From IMG/VR virus record IMGVR_UViG_3300044475_000013, positions 1 through 45,115 of that record: a stretch of DNA of 45,115 nucleotides; one strand, 5' to 3'. This document shows positions 29,118 to 35,519 of the stretch, piece after piece (the stretch's first letter is position 1; each line of letters opens with the position of its first letter). The notes under the pieces were generated by a model. That model saw only the letters and a list, made by a program, of their open reading frames with translations, did no database searches and had not been told where the DNA came from. The translations under genes were made by a program, and so were the position numbers. Source of the DNA: a virus (taxonomy: Duplodnaviria > Caudoviricetes).

Positions 29118-29816
29118 TTATTCTGCTTGTTCAGCAGCAGCAGCTTCGCCTTCAGCGCCAGCTACAGAAGCATCAGCTTCAGCAGTTGCGGCGGCTTCGT
29201 CTTCAGCCGATTGCTCGAACACTACAGCAGACGGGGATACCAGAACGGTACGGGCATCAAAGCCAGCGCCGTAGAAGAAGTTCAGTACCTTCACTTCACG
29301 ATCGTCTTGGGTTTCAACACCGTCAACGATCTTCTTCTTGGTCTTGACTTCAACTCCTTCGCCCAGCAGTACAGCTGGAACGATCAGAGCGTTGGCGCCA
29401 CGGCCAATCTTGATGTTGTAAGTGCCATTGACAACCAGAGCTTCACGAGCCAGCGCGGCTTGCAGATCAGCTTCCAGCGATTCCAGATCAGAGCCGATCT
29501 TCTCGACAATGCTGGCCAGTTCAGCGGAAGATTTACCTTCCTTGGCACCGAACAGACGGGAAGTACCGTCAACGAATTTCTGTTCAAAGCCTTTGCCATA
29601 GGTCAGGCGATACTCTTGCACGCCCTTCTCGTTGGTACGCTGGGCAACCAGAGTCGCTTGGACTTCGGTTTTGTTTTCGCCACGGCCAACGGTGACGGCG
29701 TAGACTTGGCCTACTTCCAGAACCTCCGAGGCTTGGGCAGCTTGCAGAGCAGCGGCGAACTCAGCTTGACGGTCGGTCAGTCGGGCGATCTTGGAAGTAA
29801 TTTTTGCTACGGACAT
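29118..29816 (-). CDS. Hypothetical protein with an internal tandem duplication
   Basis: 232 aa; two units of helix + Y...GRG.N...V.A.L + YG.GF; acidic Ala-rich tail. Confidence 0.8.
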   Translation of the reverse strand: MSVAKITSKIARLTDRQAEFAAALQAAQASEVLEVGQVYAVTVGRGENKTEVQATLVAQRTNEKGVQEYRLTYGKGFEQKFVDGTSRLFGAKEGKSSAELASIVEKIGSDLESLEADLQAALAREALVVNGTYNIKIGRGANALIVPAVLLGEGVEVKTKKKIVDGVETQDDREVKVLNFFYGAGFDARTVLVSPSAVVFEQSAEDEAAATAEADASVAGAEGEAAAAEQAE

Positions 29817-29842
29817 TTGTTTCCTTTCAGTAGTAACGCGCG

Positions 29843-30388
29843 TTACTGTTCATTGGTTTGCGGGATGCTGAAGATACCCGCTTGGATATCGTAACCGAAT
29901 ACAACTTCACGGGCAGCTACATAAACTGCTTCGATAGTGCTGTAAATCGGGACAACGATTTCGTCGTGATCTTCGTCGATGAAGGCAACATTAGCCTTAC
30001 CGAGTTCAGTCTCCAGAACCATGTTCTTGAGAACGTTCAGGATACGACGGGCAGAGTAGCCTTCAAGAGCACACTGGCTCACTACTTCTGCTTCGAGGTA
30101 GTCTTCAATAAGACCACGGTGGAATTGGCCCACTACGCAAACAGCGTGTGGCCCGAACTTCTGATTGGCAAGCAACGGAACCAGCAGTTCCATCGGGGTG
30201 TCAACAGTAGGCTTTGCAGCACTACCCAGCAGGAATGCACGAACCAGACGTTCCACTGTAGGGTTCACAGTGAACAGTTGATCATGCTTCTTCAGGCTGT
30301 TGCCGAAGTATTTGTGCGAGGACTTCGGCTTCTGTTTGAAACCTTGGGAACGAGCTTGCTTTTTAGCTTGGGTCATTATTGACTCCAT
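29843..30388 (-). CDS. Hypothetical early protein
   Basis: 181 aa; start may be 30376. Confidence 0.7.
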   Translation of the reverse strand: MESIMTQAKKQARSQGFKQKPKSSHKYFGNSLKKHDQLFTVNPTVERLVRAFLLGSAAKPTVDTPMELLVPLLANQKFGPHAVCVVGQFHRGLIEDYLEAEVVSQCALEGYSARRILNVLKNMVLETELGKANVAFIDEDHDEIVVPIYSTIEAVYVAAREVVFGYDIQAGIFSIPQTNEQ

Positions 30389-30396
30389 AGTTGGTG

Positions 30397-30442
30397 GATA
30401 AACTGAGTGACCCTTGCAAGTGCAAAGGCCACTGGATTTATC
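30397..30442 (-). promoter_or_regulatory. Intergenic RNA hairpin, RNase III-site-like
   Basis: AGUGGCCUUUGC-ACUU-GCAAGGGUCACU with G-U pairs on the minus strand, internal loop, lower GAUAAA/UUUAUC stem. Confidence 0.5.
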
Positions 30443-30686
30443 AACGTTTCAATTTACGCTGCTGCTTTGCGAACGCTCTGAGGTTCGCTTTGTTGTGCGG
30501 GACACGTACCATGTTGCCCGGTCTGGTGTACTGCTCCGTGTGGCAATCCATTTCATGCGCACCACGCATCAGATTTTTAATATTGGGGTACGGTGCAATG
30601 GCAAGTGAACCAATCTTCAGAAAGTGGTACTTGCTAGGCAACGTATCACCCGGCATAACATATTGATTACTACGTACTCGGAACAT
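30441..30686 (-). CDS. Hypothetical basic early protein
   Basis: 81 aa; overlaps the upstream gene. Confidence 0.6.
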   Translation of the reverse strand: MFRVRSNQYVMPGDTLPSKYHFLKIGSLAIAPYPNIKNLMRGAHEMDCHTEQYTRPGNMVRVPHNKANLRAFAKQQRKLKR

Positions 30687-31083
30687 AGTCTTCCAATCGC
30701 ATTAAGTAACGATGATCTTTGAACATCGTGTAGTTTTCGGGAAGTTGACGCCCACTGATACGTGTGACTTCAACAATTTGGATGGTTTCTTGGCTATCAT
30801 ACAGAGGTGATTCACCAAGGTGGTAAATCTCTGCAATCATAGCTTTTGGCCAGTACAGCATGAAGGATTTCTGGTTGAAATGCTTTGCGAGTGTACGCAG
30901 TGCTGCGTTGCTCGTTGATACCTCTTCCAGATGCCATGTCAACTCACGTACACCATTATAAGAACCCACAACTGTTTGCAGGTTCTTACCATAGTGTTGC
31001 AAGAGCTTACCGAGTTCACAGTGTCGGCGGACAAGCGCAAGCTCGTCCATCCCTTCGGAACTAGCAGAAATCAGGAGGTGCAT
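30670..31083 (-). CDS. S-adenosylmethionine lyase-like protein (T3 gp0.3 family)
   Basis: LISA...RH..L, G.Y...E.T and LA....Q....Y align by eye with T3 SAMase; early-region position. Confidence 0.65.
   Translation of the reverse strand: MHLLISASSEGMDELALVRRHCELGKLLQHYGKNLQTVVGSYNGVRELTWHLEEVSTSNAALRTLAKHFNQKSFMLYWPKAMIAEIYHLGESPLYDSQETIQIVEVTRISGRQLPENYTMFKDHRYLMRLEDYVPST
30751..30770 (-). promoter_or_regulatory. Candidate phage RNAP middle promoter AAGTCACACGTATCAGTGGG
   Basis: 19/20 identical to 12594-12613; upstream of the replication genes. Confidence 0.75.
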
Positions 31084-31399
31084 TTTCTTGTACCTGCATC
31101 AGACGTGAAGCGTAGCTGCGAATGATCTTCGCTTGCTCAGGTGTAATGGGAACATCCGTGTTCATGATTTCTTCGTACACAGTACGAATCTTGTGCATTG
31201 GATGACGCTGCCGCAGATGGTTGATGTCACGATGCAGTGCATCGAACTGTTGACGGTGCCAATCAAGGCGGCGGTTCAGGTCACGGATGGTTTGAGTTTG
31301 TGAAGGTGCAACACGCGTACCCGCGTGATACGCAACAGCACAAGCAATGATCATGCAGATGATGATCAGGATGTCGAAAGTGTAGGGCATGATTAGCAC
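31061..31399 (-). CDS. Hypothetical membrane protein
   Basis: N-terminal hydrophobic helix followed by a coiled coil. Confidence 0.65.
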   Translation of the reverse strand: MLIMPYTFDILIIICMIIACAVAYHAGTRVAPSQTQTIRDLNRRLDWHRQQFDALHRDINHLRQRHPMHKIRTVYEEIMNTDVPITPEQAKIIRSYASRLMQVQENAPPDFC

Positions 31400-31968
31400 C
31401 AGTAGGTTACAGGGTCAGTAAGGACAATTTCACGAACTGGACAACCATCCGCAGATAGACGATGGCGCAGCATGAAGTTGCCAGAATGTATATCATTTGC
31501 CTCAAAGCCAAACTCAGTATGGAAGTTAGCATGAAGTTTGTCCTTGATGTGTTCTGCTTCGGAGTATGCTAGGGTGTGTTTCTCCAACCGTTCCATGATG
31601 GCATACGGTATACCAAGGCAGGTTCCCATTTCGTAAACGATGGGCATCCAGTCGCAGCGGAAGTTACGCTCAATGCACTTCTCCAGATACTTAGTGCTAC
31701 CATCAGCACCCTTCGGGAAGATTTTGATAACCTTCGTGACATCAAAAGGGTGCGGAACAACGAACGAGAAGTAACCAGCACCCAGCGGTTTAACACGCAG
31801 CTTATTCGGCTTTGCATACCACAGGGTAGATTCCGTATCCAGAGTACGCATGTTCTCTGGTGTAGGCTCGAAGCCCCAGCGCATTTGAGAACGACTGTGC
31901 TCAGTCTGGCAAGCACGGAAAGCAAGGATAGAATCCTGAATGAAGGAACGCAGATTCTGAAAGGACAT
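31393..31968 (-). CDS. Ser/Thr protein kinase, T7 gp0.7-like catalytic domain only
   Basis: LGAGYFS, VIK, MERL, DIHSGNFM, TDPV; GGAG RBS. Confidence 0.85.
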   Translation of the reverse strand: MSFQNLRSFIQDSILAFRACQTEHSRSQMRWGFEPTPENMRTLDTESTLWYAKPNKLRVKPLGAGYFSFVVPHPFDVTKVIKIFPKGADGSTKYLEKCIERNFRCDWMPIVYEMGTCLGIPYAIMERLEKHTLAYSEAEHIKDKLHANFHTEFGFEANDIHSGNFMLRHRLSADGCPVREIVLTDPVTYWC

Positions 31969-31982
31969 TTCAATTCTCCGTT

Positions 31983-32011
31983 GCCCTCATTCTGCTTGAT
32001 CAGTTGAGGGC
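31983..32011. promoter_or_regulatory. Intergenic hairpin (possible RNA processing site)
   Basis: GCCCTCA/TGAGGGC stem with inner CTG/CAG. Confidence 0.4.
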
Positions 32012-32027
32012 GGTTTGGGTTTGGACG

Positions 32028-32264
32028 TTACACCACGAGGCTGTTGCGGTTACGGTCGAGGAAGCCATTACGCTTCATCTGGGCCAGAGCTTTACGTTGC
32101 TGGCTGCTGATTGCGAAGCCCTCGGCTTCTTCACGAGGAGCGCGAGCGGGAACCTTCTTTGCACGCAACTCATAACCTTCGGGCAGAGCTGCGCGGCTGT
32201 TGTTGATGCCAGTTACTTCTGCGTGTACTTCAGATTGGGACAAACGTGCCATGGGATTCTCCAT
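32028..32264 (-). CDS. Hypothetical early protein
   Basis: 78 aa; the second ATG follows GGAG. Confidence 0.65.
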   Translation of the reverse strand: MENPMARLSQSEVHAEVTGINNSRAALPEGYELRAKKVPARAPREEAEGFAISSQQRKALAQMKRNGFLDRNRNSLVV

Positions 32265-32289
32265 TGTTGGCGTTAGGAATAAACTTGTG

Positions 32290-32313
32290 GCTGCACTCGG
32301 TTGTGAGTGCAGC
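32290..32313. promoter_or_regulatory. Intergenic hairpin (possible RNA processing site)
   Basis: Perfect 9-bp stem GCTGCACTC/GAGTGCAGC. Confidence 0.45.
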
Positions 32314-32320
32314 AGCGAGC

Positions 32321-32524
32321 TTACTCGTCAGGATACAAAGTAAGGATGTGCTTCGCCAGACGGCGAGCGTTGAACTCAGAGAGGCAAACAGCAGCCACTT
32401 TATCATCTTCAGGTTCACTGATGGTGATGTACAGTGGTGTGCCCGGTTGAACCTCACGCTCTACCTGCAAGCAATCTTGACGATTAGCTGTGCAGTTGAA
32501 TGTTATGAGGTCAGAAGTACTCAT
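32321..32524 (-). CDS. Hypothetical early protein
   Basis: 67 aa; overlaps the upstream gene. Confidence 0.6.
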   Translation of the reverse strand: MSTSDLITFNCTANRQDCLQVEREVQPGTPLYITISEPEDDKVAAVCLSEFNARRLAKHILTLYPDE

Positions 32525-32696
32525 GGGTTTTTACGCTCCATGCACCTTCGAGTTGGCCTTTCAGTGCAGTGACCTTACCACGCACTTCATTGATGTTGCG
32601 ACCACGGAATTTCACAACGCAAAGCGTATTGCGCTTTACCTTGTTGGTTTTCGGGTCAACGGAATCGTTGTAGATGATGCAGGTAGCTTTTGCCAT
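32511..32696 (-). CDS. Hypothetical early protein
   Basis: 61 aa; AAGGA RBS. Confidence 0.6.
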   Translation of the reverse strand: MAKATCIIYNDSVDPKTNKVKRNTLCVVKFRGRNINEVRGKVTALKGQLEGAWSVKTHEYF

Positions 32697-32729
32697 AGGT
32701 AAAATATCCTTTGGTTGAATGAAAAGAGT

Positions 32730-33065
32730 GCCAGCTAGCCGACGCGTTCGATACGGTAGAGGACTAGCTGGCTAAGATAGGAGATAACCAGAAAAGAAGG
32801 CGGGCCTTGCACCCGCATGTCTTAAAGGCTGTGGTTGACGCGAACGTAGGTTCGCCAACTCTCGACCTAAGAGTCACCTTACTAGCAATGAAGTCTAGCC
32901 TAGGATTTTGTTAAAGAGAACAGACGCCCTGCTTGGGCCGAATGAAGTCCTGTCTGCCTCAACGAAGATAAGCAGCTTTGACACCTAGACAGGTGCATAC
33001 CCGGATTTACGGTTTATGCTTCTTTCTTCAATAACGCGGAACTCTCGAAGAGAGTTTCGTTGAGG
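32730..33065. ncRNA. Candidate structured non-coding RNA region
   Basis: No ORF of 60 aa or more in the track. Nested stems include CCTCAACGAA/TTCGTTGAGG, GCATA/TATGC, GCGAAC/GTTCGC and GCCAGCTAG/CTAGCTGGC. Confidence 0.35.
32791..32816 (-). terminator. Intrinsic terminator-like hairpin
   Basis: GCGGG-7nt-CCCGC-CUUCUUUU. Confidence 0.55.
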
Positions 33066-33240
33066 TTACAAGTAGAGGACACGTTGTGTAGCGACGGTTT
33101 TCGGGGAGTCCAGAGGGCGCAGCCCTTTGGTCAAAATGTTTTTAGGTGTACCGCTAGGTACACATTGTCTGAGCGCCGAAGGCGCGAAGCGAAAATTTTA
33201 GGATATGCTAATACAATGAATCACTGATATACCAGACGTT

Positions 33241-33265
33241 AAAAAGGGCCTGCAAGTGCAGACCC
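33241..33265 (-). terminator. Terminator after the mini-RNAP gene
   Basis: GGGUCUGC-ACUU-GCAGGCCC-UUUUU, 8 nt after the stop codon. Confidence 0.85.
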
Positions 33266-33273
33266 GTTGTGAA

Positions 33274-34980
33274 TTATTCTTGATCAAGGAAATGCGGCAT
33301 ACGGCGCGGGTTAATCCACAAAATATCTTTGTGCGGTAGGCCGATTACCTCGCGCATTCCGTCCAGCTCTTCTGATGCCACGATGCCGCAAAATACCGAC
33401 CATGCAATGCTGAGAAATTCCGGGACATCCGCTGCACTGTCTAGAGTGAAAGAATCATGCACCCCTACAATCGTTTTACCAGTGCGCTTGTGATATTCGG
33501 CTTGCACCATCGCCATGAAGGCAGCATCAAGGGACTGGATGAAGTTAGCAGCGGCGGCTACGATTGCAGAGCGGTTGTCCTCTGCATCGCGGTCAACCTT
33601 CACAATACCTGTACGCTCTTTGAACGTGACAGCAGTGGGAATGTACTCGTTAGAACTCTCGCCAGTTTTCCATTGCTCAGATGCTGTTACCCAGTAGTTC
33701 TGTTTCACGGTGAAACCAGACGGTGTTACCCATTCAAGCTGTTTACCTTCTTCTGCCAGATTTCCGGCTGCATTACTGGCATGTTTCTTGACTACATTCA
33801 ATCCGTCATACGTGGTCAGAACGTCCACGATAGCGGCGGCTGCGTCAACGTCTTGGCCTTCTTCTTGTGCCATCTGCAAAGCACGGTCGCGGCTGGTTTC
33901 ATCGCCGCTGCCGTAGGCTTTAGGCATCAAGTACGACTTAGCTACAGCACGTTCAAATGAATCTTTTGCAGGGCAGGCATTACCGCTTGCGAGTGCATAA
34001 ACATTACCGTAGAAGTCTTTCACGTTATCAGTGAAGTTCAAGAGGTTGCAGGCATCAGCCAATGCACGGTCGCCAGTTACTACGCTAATGAATTGTGCAA
34101 AGGATGCAGTAGAATCATAAGTGACTTGATCGTCATGACCGAGAATATAACCGGCTACGCCACCGGCCTGTGGATTCAGCATACCGGACACGTAATAAAG
34201 ACGGCCACGAAAGTCTGCTTTCACCTGATAGTGCCAGCCGTTAGGCTTCTGGCTGTAGGCAATGCGGGCGCTTGCAAGTGCCTGACGTTGTGCTTCTAGC
34301 TTTGCAATGTCTGCATCAGACACGGCCATAGTCCAGCAGTTTTTACGGTTCAGGAAATAACCCTTTGCCAGCCATTCACTACATTCTTTAGCGCGGCGGA
34401 TGTTCACAGTGAAACGGTGAGCAGACATTGCCATTGCACCATCGTGATGCACAGTGCCAGCCTTGATGAAACGCGGGAGGATGCACGGCTCGTCATGCAG
34501 CATATGCATAATAGTCTGCTTGAGCATACCGCTATTAAGTACATAACGAGCGGGCAAAGTGTTCTCACCCAGTTGTTCTTCTGGTTGATACAGCATCCAG
34601 CCATCAGCGACCCAAGCTTGGATAAATCGCTTTGCAATGTTGCGGTATGCTCTCCAATCCTCTGCGTCGTCACACAGGGAAGCGCCATCATCCAGCATGA
34701 TAACCGTTGCAGTCTCTTTAATTACAAATTGAGCTGACTTCTCAGTGTACAATCCGGCGGACAAAGTATCTGCAAATACTGACATAAATACGTGTAATTG
34801 TTCTTTGTCCAGCATTTGGAAATCAGCGCCATTGAAATAAGCGGCGACAGAGCCTGTGAGGCGCACGGTTTCCACGATACGCGACAGAGCCATACCATCG
34901 TAAATGGCATCAACAGGCAGGCCATTATCATTTTGGTTCAGGTCACGTTGGGAGCGGGAGCTAGAATTCATGGAGTTCAT
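33274..34980 (-). CDS. Second, reduced T7-family single-subunit RNA polymerase
   Basis: 568 aa; D256FRGRLY, motif A D289STASFAQ, motif B R344-x3-K-x7-Y356G, WVTPSG, ANFIQSLD, motif C VHD509SF; AAGGA RBS. Confidence 0.92.
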   Translation of the reverse strand: MNSMNSSSRSQRDLNQNDNGLPVDAIYDGMALSRIVETVRLTGSVAAYFNGADFQMLDKEQLHVFMSVFADTLSAGLYTEKSAQFVIKETATVIMLDDGASLCDDAEDWRAYRNIAKRFIQAWVADGWMLYQPEEQLGENTLPARYVLNSGMLKQTIMHMLHDEPCILPRFIKAGTVHHDGAMAMSAHRFTVNIRRAKECSEWLAKGYFLNRKNCWTMAVSDADIAKLEAQRQALASARIAYSQKPNGWHYQVKADFRGRLYYVSGMLNPQAGGVAGYILGHDDQVTYDSTASFAQFISVVTGDRALADACNLLNFTDNVKDFYGNVYALASGNACPAKDSFERAVAKSYLMPKAYGSGDETSRDRALQMAQEEGQDVDAAAAIVDVLTTYDGLNVVKKHASNAAGNLAEEGKQLEWVTPSGFTVKQNYWVTASEQWKTGESSNEYIPTAVTFKERTGIVKVDRDAEDNRSAIVAAAANFIQSLDAAFMAMVQAEYHKRTGKTIVGVHDSFTLDSAADVPEFLSIAWSVFCGIVASEELDGMREVIGLPHKDILWINPRRMPHFLDQE

Positions 34981-35217
34981 TTGTGTATCCTTCTTTCTGG
35001 TTAATCATCACTTCGGACGAGGTATCGGTCGCGGTACAATCCGTGATAGACATGCATTAGGCTGCGAGTGCAACACCACAGCCCTTTAGGGTTAGAATTG
35101 TTTTGCGCGGGTTATGCAAAAGAATTCTAAGTGTTGCAGTCGTTGCCGCATGGCTATAGGATTTGTACCAATAGCGACCAGATAGCTCAGTCCGAAGATT
35201 AAGCAGAAGGAATACAA
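34981..35217. repeat. Long imperfect inverted repeat (rod-like hairpin) abutting the mini-RNAP start codon
   Basis: About ten collinear complementary blocks around a 9-nt loop at 35107-35115. Confidence 0.9.
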
Positions 35218-35445
35218 CTTAGAACGCAATGAAGCTTTTAGGTAATGCGCAGCATTACACACGAAGCGCAGCGTAGTTCATCTATGCTTTTAACAGAGGA
35301 ACATCTATAGCAATAATGCTGAAAGCTCGCAGAGCTTTTAGCTCTATCCTACCTAGCATAATAGATGAAATACAAGGATAAACTGTTGTTAATTATCGCT
35401 ATGAAATAGCGATGATCTTGATAGAAATTGAGGGGTCGAAATCAG

Positions 35446-35465
35446 AAGTCACACGTATCAGTAGA
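35446..35465 (+). promoter_or_regulatory. Candidate phage RNAP promoter in reverse orientation, AAGTCACACGTATCAGTAGA
   Basis: GAAGTCACACGTATCAGT is identical over 18 bp to the minus-strand copy at 30754-30771. Confidence 0.7.
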
Positions 35466-35519
35466 ATAGTAGAATGGAAACCAAGCGAACGAGGACAGCC
35501 GAAGGCTCCGCAGAGAGCG

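Noticed and set aside
32720-33270. tRNA or hammerhead ribozyme in the structured spacers
   Set aside because: No cloverleaf with T-loop and no CUGANGA/GAAA core recognised by eye; a covariance search is still needed.
33274-34980. Mini-RNAP as a pseudogene or assembly duplicate of the 803-aa RNAP
   Set aside because: Uninterrupted ORF, intact catalytic residues, own RBS and terminator, similarity limited to motifs.
35346-35375. Sigma70 promoter TTGTAT-18-TAGGAT on the minus strand
   Set aside because: Only a moderate match in AT-rich sequence; not supportable without start-site data.
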